A stretch of 64,000 bases of DNA from a virus, in IMG/VR virus record IMGVR_UViG_3300025769_000068. One strand, written 5' to 3'. Below the pieces are notes generated by a model. It did not search any database, was not told the DNA's origin, and was given only the letters and a program-made list of their open reading frames with translations. A program made the translations under genes and the position numbers. Shown piece after piece: positions 1 through 8,785 of the stretch (its first letter is position 1; every line of letters starts with the position of its first letter).

Positions 1-486
1 TTCTACATCAAGAACGATAATACTGTTTGCTCCACGCACTTCTTTAAAAGTTTCTGCTATTGCTTCTGGTAATGTTAGTTTATCACACTTACTGGCGATA
101 ACATTAATAAGCACTTCTGTGTCTGTACCACTCTTTATATCGGTAAGATTATAATCTTTCTTTAAATCTAAATAATTTTCTACGATACCATTTTGCACGA
201 TGGCGTATCTGCCACTCTTGTCAAAATGTGGGTGGGCATTTAATTTGTTTACTTTACCATGAGTTGCCCAACGAGTATGACCCATGAATGCTACAACTTC
301 TGCATCTGGATCTTTGAATGATAGCATGAGCTTTGTTACGTTACCTACAGATTTCTCTGTACCCACATGTCCATCCTTGGTCACGTAAACAAAACCCGTG
401 CTATCATAACCCCTGTATTCTAAACCCTTGAGCAATTCAATGTTTCGATACAGCGATCCACCATTGGTGGCAAAGATTCCACACAC
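1..486 (-). CDS. glmS: Glutamine--fructose-6-phosphate aminotransferase, N-terminal class II glutamine amidotransferase domain (runs off the window edge)
   Basis: Not in the ORF track. Manual translation from GTG at 486 gives MCGIFATN...LKGLEYRGYDSTG...MGHTRWATHG...NAHPH...IVQNGIVENY...SGTDTEV, the GlmS motifs with catalytic Cys2. Confidence 0.92.
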   Translation of the reverse strand, partial: MCGIFATNGGSLYRNIELLKGLEYRGYDSTGFVYVTKDGHVGTEKSVGNVTKLMLSFKDPDAEVVAFMGHTRWATHGKVNKLNAHPHFDKSGRYAIVQNGIVENYLDLKKDYNLTDIKSGTDTEVLINVIASKCDKLTLPEAIAETFKEVRGANSIIVLDVE

Positions 487-487
487 T

Positions 488-2695
488 TTAGGCTACCTCC
501 AGTTTGCGATCTGTGTTCTTTGAGTAGGACAACTCTACCATGTCGATGTAAGCTGACATATCCAACTCACTCACCTTGTTTGTATTGATACCATCAAGAA
601 GAGGATACTTCTGCATTTCTTTCCTGAGTGGATTGAAATACTTTGCATCTTTGTCAAAACCTTCTGGTTCATTCCACAGATGTGACATATTCATTTCTCT
701 ACCAAGCTTCCAGACCATATCTAGATCATCCTGATTCTTAGTAATTCTATCATAGTACTCTTGGAATTCAAGTACAATTTGTTTTGCCTTGTTGTCAGTA
801 GTAGTACCAAGGATAACGTCATGGAGGTGACGATCTGAGCATCTGTGTGCGTGTCTAATACCCGCAATCTCTTCTGCTGAGTCTTTGACTAGAGCCTTGA
901 GATAGTCCACAATGAACTCTGGTCCTTCCCAGTTGCTACGATCCTCTAGCTTACGCTGCTTGATCTGTGATGGAGTCATGAGGCAGATAGTCTTGCCATA
1001 TACATTCACACCATAATACTTGCATAGTAAGTTAAGATATATACTAAGAGATTTATCGGATACGCTTAGGAAGTTAGATAGTTTGCAGTCAGACCTGTCA
1101 TCACCCCACCTGTTCTTCTTTTTGATGGCAGGAATGTAAATCATATTTTGATCTTTGACAGATACTTTCTCAAACTGGAACTCTCCCCCGTTGCCATTCC
1201 ATTTGAAGCACTTGACTTCCGCTGAGTATACAGAGGTGCTTCTATTAGATGAACGCTCTGGTTTTGGCATACTAGATGTGAACACTACGTTCTCAGGCTT
1301 TGCATCACCAAGCTTGTCTAGAAGTTTGTTGTTGTCCTGTGTCTCGTCGTAATAGTATGGCTTGTCTGTGCCACCAATCAGGTCTTGTCGTAGCTTGTAG
1401 ATGTATACATCGTATCCTTGGCTACTGTAGCCTCTGTTGGAAAACTCTTCTTTGAGTGTATTACGGATGCGTGTCATGCCACCTCTTGGCAAATCATCTA
1501 TAACAAAACGAGTGTCTCTACGGAATGGTACAAACTCTGAGTCTTTATTAGTTTCTGATTTGCTACGATACCCAGACTTGTGTAGATGAGTCAGGTTGAG
1601 GCTTGATACCTTGATCTTGTTTCCAACCATCTCGTCAAATATATCTTGACCATTCCATTTGATTGCCTTGTTAAGACTTTCCATTGCTTGTTTTACAGAA
1701 TGGCACTGTTGTTCAATCTCAACATACTTTTTACGTGCAAGGTATAGTGTAGGTTGCTGTTTGATTGCATCCTCTACACTTTCTTTGATATCCTTGATAA
1801 CAGACTCGATAACATTACGAATGTTCTTCTTTGTCTCTGAGGTGTAAGACAATGCCTCACGACTTGGTGTAATATCTACATCGCCAATGTTTAGGTGTAG
1901 TCGTAGTCCACTTGTGTTCCATAGAAAATTAGCAACCTTATCGTTATCATCATAATGATCACCTATTGACTCTTCTTCAACTGGGTATGCAATTTGACCC
2001 ATGATTACAAAATTATCGTTACGAGAAGTAGTGAAGTCCCACTTGCCATTCTTATCTGTAAGTAAACTACGCTCTGTATTATAAATCAACTCAGCATTAA
2101 GAGTTGGACGAACCTTAAAGTATTGATATGTCTTGGTAGCCTCTCGTGCAAAACGATCACAGTCGTTCTTTTCTACTGGAAGTGATACCTTGATGCCATC
2201 CCCTTCGTCTGTTGGAACAGTGTCCATCAAGCAGAATGTGGGACTGCCATTGGTATCACGGTGTGCGGCATAGACACGTTTCTCACCATTTTTGAATGCT
2301 TCTACAGTGAAACTGTCAGCATAAGCAAATGGTGCTTTACTCCCAAGACCAAGGCAACCTACAGCGTCATTACTGTCATTACGTGTACTACGGAAGTACG
2401 TAGTATATAATGTCATACATTGCTCATGAGTCATGCTCGTGCCATAGTCACGAACATGGAAGTATGGTTCAAGACGGGTGGGCAGATGAACTTCAAAAGG
2501 ACGATCTGCCACACCCGCATCAACATGAGAATCATAAGCATTAGTAGAAAGCTCACGAACTACTGCCAATATCTTATTTGAATAAAGACCATCTGACAAG
2601 ATCATGAAGGCTTTCGCTGAAGCTTCAATGCTAAACTGATTCTCTTCAAAGTTTCCTGATTTCTCAACGATGTGTGTGCTTGAGTGTAATTTCAT
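488..2695 (-). CDS. rIIA-like protein with N-terminal GHKL/HATPase domain
   Basis: ILSDGLYSNKILAVVRELSTNAYDSH, VRDYGTSM, STR..SNDAVGCLGLGSKAPFAY, IGDVDITPSREALSY; typical of phage rIIA proteins. Confidence 0.8.
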   Translation of the reverse strand: MKLHSSTHIVEKSGNFEENQFSIEASAKAFMILSDGLYSNKILAVVRELSTNAYDSHVDAGVADRPFEVHLPTRLEPYFHVRDYGTSMTHEQCMTLYTTYFRSTRNDSNDAVGCLGLGSKAPFAYADSFTVEAFKNGEKRVYAAHRDTNGSPTFCLMDTVPTDEGDGIKVSLPVEKNDCDRFAREATKTYQYFKVRPTLNAELIYNTERSLLTDKNGKWDFTTSRNDNFVIMGQIAYPVEEESIGDHYDDNDKVANFLWNTSGLRLHLNIGDVDITPSREALSYTSETKKNIRNVIESVIKDIKESVEDAIKQQPTLYLARKKYVEIEQQCHSVKQAMESLNKAIKWNGQDIFDEMVGNKIKVSSLNLTHLHKSGYRSKSETNKDSEFVPFRRDTRFVIDDLPRGGMTRIRNTLKEEFSNRGYSSQGYDVYIYKLRQDLIGGTDKPYYYDETQDNNKLLDKLGDAKPENVVFTSSMPKPERSSNRSTSVYSAEVKCFKWNGNGGEFQFEKVSVKDQNMIYIPAIKKKNRWGDDRSDCKLSNFLSVSDKSLSIYLNLLCKYYGVNVYGKTICLMTPSQIKQRKLEDRSNWEGPEFIVDYLKALVKDSAEEIAGIRHAHRCSDRHLHDVILGTTTDNKAKQIVLEFQEYYDRITKNQDDLDMVWKLGREMNMSHLWNEPEGFDKDAKYFNPLRKEMQKYPLLDGINTNKVSELDMSAYIDMVELSYSKNTDRKLEVA

Positions 2696-2757
2696 TTTGC
2701 TAGTCTCCTAAAGTGTGTGTGTTCAATACTTATATCTTAACAAATAAAATTTGCATG

Positions 2758-2976
2758 TCAAGAATTTTCTGAAAGACAATTTAAATTCATTGATAAAAAT
2801 GTTTTACGACCATTCTTCATAGTGAACTCTAGCACATCGCAAGAATGAGAGTCACCAGTTTTACAATCGTAAACCTCAACTTCTCTAGACCAAAAATTTT
2901 GATCTAAATTATTTAAATCATGGGCATTCTTGTGCAGAAAATTATATAAATCTAACCAAGTCATGTGAATCTCCAA
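2758..2976 (-). CDS. hypothetical protein
   Basis: 72-aa ORF downstream of the promoter at 3004-3043, in the local gene orientation. Confidence 0.6.
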   Translation of the reverse strand: MEIHMTWLDLYNFLHKNAHDLNNLDQNFWSREVEVYDCKTGDSHSCDVLEFTMKNGRKTFLSMNLNCLSENS

Positions 2977-3003
2977 TACAACGTGTGAACTATTACCAAT
3001 CTT

Positions 3004-3043
3004 ATTATACTACTATCATCGTCTTTGTCAAACTTGTTCTTTA
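3004..3043 (-). promoter_or_regulatory. composite early promoter (sigma70 + sigma28-like)
   Basis: minus strand TAAAgaacaagtTTGACAaaGACGATgatagtagTATAAT. Confidence 0.75.
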
Positions 3044-3153
3044 ATTTTTTTATTACCTTTTTTATGTTTAGGAATATATGGACAATTCTTGCAACCACTA
3101 CCACAGCAAGAGCCTCTGCTTAGTAAGTATTCTTTACTGAGGGGTGTGGTCAT
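3028..3153 (-). CDS. small Cys-rich protein (DUF5522-like)
   Basis: Not in track. MTTPLSKEYLLSRGSCCGSGCKNCPYIPKHKKGNKKIKEQV, with an RGxCCGxGCxNCPY motif. Confidence 0.7.
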   Translation of the reverse strand: MTTPLSKEYLLSRGSCCGSGCKNCPYIPKHKKGNKKIKEQV

Positions 3154-3328
3154 TTACATTCCTGTATTCCTCATCAGTCCACATTTTGTAGACCAAATAA
3201 AAATCTCTAGGTTTCCATTGTTTTACTTTTTCTTCACTAGATACTTCTCCCCTTGGAACAGAGAGAAGCATCACCAGATATAAAAAGCACAACCCAATAA
3301 TAATCCACAAACTTTTATCTTTAATCAA
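3134..3328 (-). CDS. small membrane protein
   Basis: N-terminal hydrophobic helix LWIIIGLCFLYLVMLLSV; overlaps both neighbours. Confidence 0.6.
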   Translation of the reverse strand: MIKDKSLWIIIGLCFLYLVMLLSVPRGEVSSEEKVKQWKPRDFYLVYKMWTDEEYRNVNDHTPQ

Positions 3329-4328
3329 TACTTCCTACTTCTCTTCCATTACGAGTAATTGCAGCAGCAAATGCTCTTAAATCTACGTTATCATTAATAG
3401 TTCTAGTAGAACCATCTGCATATACGCAGTTCATTACGCCGGGATGCATACTGTATGCTTCACCGTCATTAATAACATTAAAAGGAACATTACCAGCACA
3501 ATTCTTACACTTGTCGCCATTTTTGTCAACACCATGTAATTTAAATGGCCCTAATGAATCTGCCCAACTAATACATTGATTAGTAGCACCAGTAGCAGTT
3601 TTACCGTTACTAGCCTTATAAGTATCAGGTCTACTTGCACACTCTACAATCATAAGAGTATTAGAAAAACCATCAACAATTTCTTGCTCTTTAGTTACTT
3701 TATCTTTAATTAAGCAACCATCATCATTAGTTTTACTAGCGTAAGGATCACTACCAGTAGGAAAAATCTTATCTTTTACTCCAGTAAACACTTCATAGTC
3801 TGTATAACCAAGTACATTCGGGTTTAAACTTGGTGCAGCACTATCGCTATCTCTACTAGGCCCATCAACACTAGCATACCCACCCACAGGAGGAAGTGCG
3901 GTTGGACATTTAAATACAGATGCTTCTGTAGCAATAGCAGCAGTATTTTGCCACCAATGTTTATTAAAGTCATAAAGATTCGCTACATTACCTTGCTCTA
4001 AATTTGCAAGGACAAATGCTCGCCAACTATGCTCTGTTCGTGATGGATTACCAAGAGAACTAGGAGTTTCAGACAAATCTTTGGCTTCGACAGTCCATGC
4101 AGCAGCAGGGAAATATCTTTTCTGGTCTAGACTCATGTGCATAGCAAGACCTTGTTGTTTTAGATTATTTGAGCATGATGCTCGTCTTGCAGACTCTCTG
4201 GCAGACTGAACAGCGGGTAGTAAAAGACCAACGAGAACACCAATAATGGCAATCACGACAAGTAGCTCGATTAGTGTGAAAGCTTTTCGCTTTGTGGTTG
4301 TGAACAGTTGTTTAAGGCTTTTAAACAT
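3321..4328 (-). CDS. DUF1559 family prepilin-type N-terminal cleavage/methylation protein with H-X9-DG motif (planctomycete type)
   Basis: KRKA|FTLIELLVVIAIIGVLVGLLLPAVQSARESARRASCSNNLKQ, HSWRAFVL, DGFSNTLMIVE, HPGVMNCVYADGS; start re-assigned to MFKSLK. Confidence 0.93.
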   Translation of the reverse strand: MFKSLKQLFTTTKRKAFTLIELLVVIAIIGVLVGLLLPAVQSARESARRASCSNNLKQQGLAMHMSLDQKRYFPAAAWTVEAKDLSETPSSLGNPSRTEHSWRAFVLANLEQGNVANLYDFNKHWWQNTAAIATEASVFKCPTALPPVGGYASVDGPSRDSDSAAPSLNPNVLGYTDYEVFTGVKDKIFPTGSDPYASKTNDDGCLIKDKVTKEQEIVDGFSNTLMIVECASRPDTYKASNGKTATGATNQCISWADSLGPFKLHGVDKNGDKCKNCAGNVPFNVINDGEAYSMHPGVMNCVYADGSTRTINDNVDLRAFAAAITRNGREVGSID

Positions 4329-4441
4329 AGTTTTTTCTTTCAATAAGGTAGGATAAAAGGCAGGAGACACACAACGTGCCTAATTATCCTATTATACCCT
4401 ATCGAAAAAAATACACATCTATAAATAGTGTTAGAATATTA

Positions 4442-5014
4442 TTAGATGTTAATTTTCTTTGCATTTATATCATTCGATTCATACATAAGTTTATAAGCTC
4501 TATCGCTTTCTCTACTATTTAAACTACCCTCTTTAAGATACTTTCTCATGGCCTCTTCATCCCAAGGATCAAAAGCCTCATCGTCGAAATAATATTCCCA
4601 AGGCTTCCATCTGACTCTGACATGCTGAATATCTGTGATAGTGTTACCATTCTCATCAGTATAAGAGAACTTCACCCAGTACCACTCTTCTGCCAGCATA
4701 GCCTCTTCAATAACTTCTATATCTCGATATTTACCAATAACTCCAAATATTTTTAGTCTACCATTTCCATAAAGCCATTGTAATACACCCGGATCTTCAA
4801 AATCAATCGGGAAAAATGTATTACGAATTGAATTTGTTACAACGGGATACTTCCAACCAACATACTCCGCATTACATATAAATCCTATCGAGACACCCAT
4901 AAATAATAATAGGAACTGATAGAACAAAGTTCTCAGTATACATTTCATCTTTTTGCTCTTTTGTGTGTGTGTAAATTTGCATAAATAATCTTTATTACTC
5001 ATTATATTATACAC
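4442..5014 (-). CDS. hypothetical membrane-anchored protein
   Basis: hydrophobic segment LFYQFLLLFMGVSIGFIC; tightly packed in operon. Confidence 0.6.
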   Translation of the reverse strand: MYNIMSNKDYLCKFTHTQKSKKMKCILRTLFYQFLLLFMGVSIGFICNAEYVGWKYPVVTNSIRNTFFPIDFEDPGVLQWLYGNGRLKIFGVIGKYRDIEVIEEAMLAEEWYWVKFSYTDENGNTITDIQHVRVRWKPWEYYFDDEAFDPWDEEAMRKYLKEGSLNSRESDRAYKLMYESNDINAKKINI

Positions 5015-5216
5015 CTTTCTTTTTTAGGGTCATTGTTTCTGAATTAATGGCCCTTTTACAATCATCTTTATAACACTCGTCACACAGATAAAATATTCCA
5101 AAGCTATCTATTTTATATCTTGTTGCATCGTTTGTACACACTGTTTCACTTATGTGGCCCTCCCCCCAATTGACTACCATCTTGTGATTGTTTTCACATT
5201 TCTTTTTTTCTATCAT
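5007..5216 (-). CDS. small Cys-containing hypothetical protein
   Basis: CENNH, CTN, LCDEC motifs; overlaps neighbours. Confidence 0.55.
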   Translation of the reverse strand: MIEKKKCENNHKMVVNWGEGHISETVCTNDATRYKIDSFGIFYLCDECYKDDCKRAINSETMTLKKKGV

Positions 5217-6484
5217 TATATTAATTCTTTTACGGGTTTACCATTGTCAATAATTTTTACTGGTCTATCTCCCGGTGCGTACAAATGATTATTGTAATCT
5301 ATACCTAGCAGTTCATAAATTGTAGCACCCCAATCTTCAGGAGTAACTGGTTTATCAAAAACATCTGTTGCAGTTTGATCGCTAGACCCATGAACATACC
5401 CACGTTTAACACCTCCACCCGCCATTACTGTGCTAAATACTTTAGGCCAATGATCTCTACCTGCATCAGTATTTAGTTTAGGTGTACGCCCAAACTCTGT
5501 TGCGATACATACTAATGTTTTATCTAACATGCCACGATTATCTAAATCATTTATAAGTGCGGCATAGGCTTTATCAAAACTTGGAACATTATTAGATATA
5601 CCTCGTTCAATATTTTGATGCATGTCCCATTGACCATATGTGACAGTAACAAATCTAGTCCCTGCTTCCACAAGTCTGCGAGCTAATAACATTCTCATAC
5701 CAGCAGCGTTCTTGCCATACGATTCTTTTGTTTTATCATTTTCTTGGGATAGGTCAAATGCTTCTACGGCTGGCTTTGATCCTAGAAGTCCATACGCATT
5801 TTCATAAAAGTTATCCATAGCAAATACTGTATCTGCATTTTGCTTTTCTTCAAACTGTCTAGAAACAATACTTCTTAAATCTTTACGCTTTTCAAATCTA
5901 TCTAACGTGACACCATCTGGTAGTGTTAAATCTCTTACTTTAAAATTTTTATCTTCTGGTCTGCTACCCAAACTAAAAGGACTGTAAGCATGACTCAAGT
6001 ACCCAGCGCCAGCATACTCGTTTGCAATTTCTGGTATAGCTATATAGGGTGGTAGATTATTTCTGACACCCAGTTCATGACTAACAATAGATCCAAAGCT
6101 AGCGTAAGTCAGAGCGGCACTAGGTCTATAACCTGTAAACATATCATGTCTACCTCTTTCATGTGCTGTTTCGCCATGAGTCATAGATCTTATAATAGAT
6201 AATTTATCTGCAATTTTGGCAGTTTCTTTGAAAAACTCATTGAACTCTACTCCCGGTATGGAAGTTTTTATAGACTGTAGCGGTCCTTTGTATTCTTCTG
6301 GCGATAGGGGTTTTGGGTCAAATGTTTCTTGTGTAGCATACCCTCCGGGTAGATAGATATATATAACTGAGTTTGCCTTGGCATTTTTATTTACTTTATC
6401 ATTTGCCTCTAAATACATATAATCAGCTAGACTTAAATTAATTCCAGCAATACTACCCACTTTGATAAAATCTCGCCTATTCAT
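5216..6484 (-). CDS. DUF1501 family protein with twin-arginine signal (planctomycete type)
   Basis: MNRRDFIKVG, SVIYIYLPGG..QETFDPKP, LSIIRSM, LLARRLVEAGTRFV, WDMH, TEFGRTPK, GRDHWP, MAGGG; start re-assigned from 6625 to 6484. Confidence 0.92.
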   Translation of the reverse strand: MNRRDFIKVGSIAGINLSLADYMYLEANDKVNKNAKANSVIYIYLPGGYATQETFDPKPLSPEEYKGPLQSIKTSIPGVEFNEFFKETAKIADKLSIIRSMTHGETAHERGRHDMFTGYRPSAALTYASFGSIVSHELGVRNNLPPYIAIPEIANEYAGAGYLSHAYSPFSLGSRPEDKNFKVRDLTLPDGVTLDRFEKRKDLRSIVSRQFEEKQNADTVFAMDNFYENAYGLLGSKPAVEAFDLSQENDKTKESYGKNAAGMRMLLARRLVEAGTRFVTVTYGQWDMHQNIERGISNNVPSFDKAYAALINDLDNRGMLDKTLVCIATEFGRTPKLNTDAGRDHWPKVFSTVMAGGGVKRGYVHGSSDQTATDVFDKPVTPEDWGATIYELLGIDYNNHLYAPGDRPVKIIDNGKPVKELI

Positions 6485-6707
6485 CGCCCACCTCTTCAGC
6501 ATCAGGATACAAAAGATTCCAGCAAGTATTACAAGTTTGACTAATAAATAGTTCTCTCTCGGCAGATGATAAATATCCCAATGCGTCTTGTATATATTTA
6601 GTATTGCCCAACCAATCAAACACATCTTGTTCTTTGGCTACAATGTTATATTCAAGTCCGCATAATTTACAAGTTATATCATATGTTTGATATTCGCTAC
6701 TTACCAT
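6477..6707 (-). CDS. small Zn-ribbon protein
   Basis: CKLC...IQDALGYLSSAERELFISQTCNTCW. Confidence 0.7.
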   Translation of the reverse strand: MVSSEYQTYDITCKLCGLEYNIVAKEQDVFDWLGNTKYIQDALGYLSSAERELFISQTCNTCWNLLYPDAEEVGDE

Positions 6708-6948
6708 CCTTATTTACTTTCCATGAAAAGAGTCCGTTTAGGTATTTCTTTCTCTTAGTGCAGTTGCATTCTTTGAGTCCAAACCATTGTTTAAATCTCT
6801 CTTGTGTGATCCCAACACTGGTCAAAACTTCTTCCACGACATCGCCCAAGCCCTTGGTATCATCACTGGTCAGATGGCTTGATGGGTCTATTCCTCTTCT
6901 CTCTAATTCCTGTATAGCCTGATCTAACTCGTTTTTTACTTCACTCAT
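6697..6948 (-). CDS. hypothetical phage protein
   Basis: KGLGDVVEEV...GI...CNCTKRKKYLN motif seen in small phage proteins; AAGGAG RBS upstream. Confidence 0.7.
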   Translation of the reverse strand: MSEVKNELDQAIQELERRGIDPSSHLTSDDTKGLGDVVEEVLTSVGITQERFKQWFGLKECNCTKRKKYLNGLFSWKVNKDGK

Positions 6949-7320
6949 TTTTTCTCCTTTTTTCTTTATTTTTCTTTTTTTGTGGGTTTTTGTCCCTTTT
7001 TCTACATGGTTAATTTTATTATTGTGGGATATATACCATAGTATTACGAATGATTTTCAGGAGTTTATTGCCCCTATTTCATTATATACGATAAACGCAT
7101 AAAAGCCTATAAAACAAGTGTACTAATATACCATATATACTCTATATACATACTCCCATATACGGGAATGGAAATTGATTTTTAGAAATACGTAAATATT
7201 GGAAATAACCAGTGTAATAGACGTTATATTAAATAAATAATTACTTATCTAGATTCGTATATTCCTTTAGTAGTATGTATAGGAGTATTAGTATAAGAGT
7301 ACATGTATGTATAAGGGATA

Positions 7321-7626
7321 TCATGAGATATATTCTAAGGCATACTCTATGGTAGAGATGTACTGGTCTAACTGAACGGGGGTCAACTCAGTGCCAAGCA
7401 CCGCCATCGTATTTCTATATATAAGTCTATCAGTTTTATTAAGTAATGTTAGCTCTACAAAGGCGCTCATGGAATTATCACTCTCGTTCATCTCTCCAAT
7501 GAGTTCAAGTAATGTGTCAAAAGCATCTAATTTATCTTTGTCAGTAAAGTCCTTGCCATACTTATCTTTCATGTACTTATAGAACTTCATTTTAGTGGGG
7601 CGTTTCATAGAATCCCTCCATTTCAT
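7321..7626 (-). CDS. hypothetical protein
   Basis: 101-aa ORF; true start possibly MKRPTK after GGAGGG. Confidence 0.6.
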   Translation of the reverse strand: MKWRDSMKRPTKMKFYKYMKDKYGKDFTDKDKLDAFDTLLELIGEMNESDNSMSAFVELTLLNKTDRLIYRNTMAVLGTELTPVQLDQYISTIEYALEYIS

Positions 7627-7662
7627 TTGGGCCTTATTATATAAAATAGTGTGTGTAAATCC

Positions 7663-8088
7663 TCAACTTTGGGCTGATTTGACAAGTATTTTGTATGGAG
7701 AATTCCATAGCATAGGTATCATAGATGACTGTCCAGTAGTCATATCAAAGAATGTATATCCTTTTTTACCATACGCACCAAAACCTTTATCCAATACTGT
7801 TACAACTTTATATACACCCTTATCCGTAGTATACTCCTTAGTACCATCACCGTTCAGCCAGTACGAACCTGACCTCCCGTTAAAATATATTTCTTGCCCC
7901 GGCTTTAGATCCTGCCAGCTAGCTTCTACAAGCCCCTTCTTCTTCGCCTTAGACCTGATACGCTTCATGCGTACCGCTGGGTCTGTTCGCACCTCAAAGG
8001 GCGCATCGCAGTGCTTACAGCTTTTAGCCCTAGCTCCAGAGGTCTCTCCACATTCTTTACAAATCTTCTGTCCACGTTTCAGTTTCAT
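7663..8088 (-). CDS. zinc-ribbon protein
   Basis: CKEC...CKHC; start MKLKRG follows AAGGAG at the end of a repeat-A copy. Confidence 0.7.
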   Translation of the reverse strand: MKLKRGQKICKECGETSGARAKSCKHCDAPFEVRTDPAVRMKRIRSKAKKKGLVEASWQDLKPGQEIYFNGRSGSYWLNGDGTKEYTTDKGVYKVVTVLDKGFGAYGKKGYTFFDMTTGQSSMIPMLWNSPYKILVKSAQS

Positions 8089-8097
8089 AATTTCTCC

Positions 8098-8143
8098 TTT
8101 TTCGCTGACTACCACGATTGGCACGATCTTAATAGATAGACTA
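8098..8143 (-). repeat. repeat family A, copy 1 (...AAGATCGTG...AGTCAGCGAAAAA)
   Basis: tttttcgctgactaccacgattggcacgatcttaatagatagacta; aligns with 8384, 8477, 12880, 16967. Confidence 0.85.
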
Positions 8144-8374
8144 AGACACAATAGTTAGATTACTACCATCATACGTACAAAAATATGAATTACTAATATA
8201 CTGCTTATATCCAGTAATTTCACTTACATCTTCTTTTACAAATATATTAACCCTATATCTATCATCATATACATTCATAGCTTTACACATGAGATAATTA
8301 TCAGGCTTATCTACATGGTCAAATATCTTTTCACATACTTCTGGGTTATTTTCTATTTTTTTATCGTTTTGCAT
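8141..8374 (-). CDS. hypothetical protein
   Basis: MQNDKK start after AAGGAGG; NVYDDRYRVNIF...SYF motif. Confidence 0.65.
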   Translation of the reverse strand: MQNDKKIENNPEVCEKIFDHVDKPDNYLMCKAMNVYDDRYRVNIFVKEDVSEITGYKQYISNSYFCTYDGSNLTIVS

Positions 8375-8383
8375 AATGCCTCC

Positions 8384-8433
8384 TTTTTCGCTGACTGCCA
8401 CATTGCCCACGATCTTGTTAGATAGGCTAGTAC
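8384..8433 (-). repeat. repeat family A, copy 2
   Basis: tttttcgctgactgccacattgcccacgatcttgttagataggctagtaca. Confidence 0.85.
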
Positions 8434-8473
8434 ATTCTACAATATTATCGTCATCTGTCAAGGCCCGACTTGA
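8434..8473 (-). promoter_or_regulatory. composite early promoter
   Basis: minus strand TCAAgtcgggccTTGACAgatGACGATAAtattgTAGAAT. Confidence 0.7.
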
Positions 8474-8476
8474 GCC

Positions 8477-8528
8477 TTTTTTCGCTGACTGTCACTATTG
8501 TCACGATCTTAATATATAGGGTAGTACA
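8477..8528 (-). repeat. repeat family A, copy 3
   Basis: ttttttcgctgactgtcactattgtcacgatcttaatatatagggtagtaca. Confidence 0.85.
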
Positions 8529-8670
8529 AGCAGGGATGAAGCTGTGAATCTAGACTATACTAGATAACTTTGTGAATCCCTACTTATACACCCATATACC
8601 TATACTACCATATACCTATCAATTAATCAAATACTTTTATTTATGTATATTATCTATTTTAATATATAGT

Positions 8671-8710
8671 GCGCCCCGCTCGCGTAAGTCGTTGTCAACA
8701 AAGGACTTAC
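8671..8710. repeat. repeat family B, copy 1 (GCGCCCCGC box + GTAAGTC-N13-GACTTAC palindrome)
   Basis: gcgccccgctcgcgTAAGTCgttgtcaacaaagGACTTAc. Confidence 0.9.
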
Positions 8711-8785
8711 AGCGAAACGAAACGGGAGCAGCGAGGCAGGCGTATAAAATATGAATAATGCCTACCCCGCTGCGTCACCGCCCCA

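Noticed and set aside
6485-6625. N-terminal extension of the 469-aa ORF
   Set aside because: Overlaps the 6477-6707 gene; the Tat signal MNRRDF marks the real start.
6950-7320. AT-rich intergenic stretch as replication origin
   Set aside because: No iterons or adjacent replication genes visible; not supportable from sequence alone.
8118-8134. sigma54-like TTGGCACG box
   Set aside because: No -12 TTGC element, and not conserved in the other family A copies.
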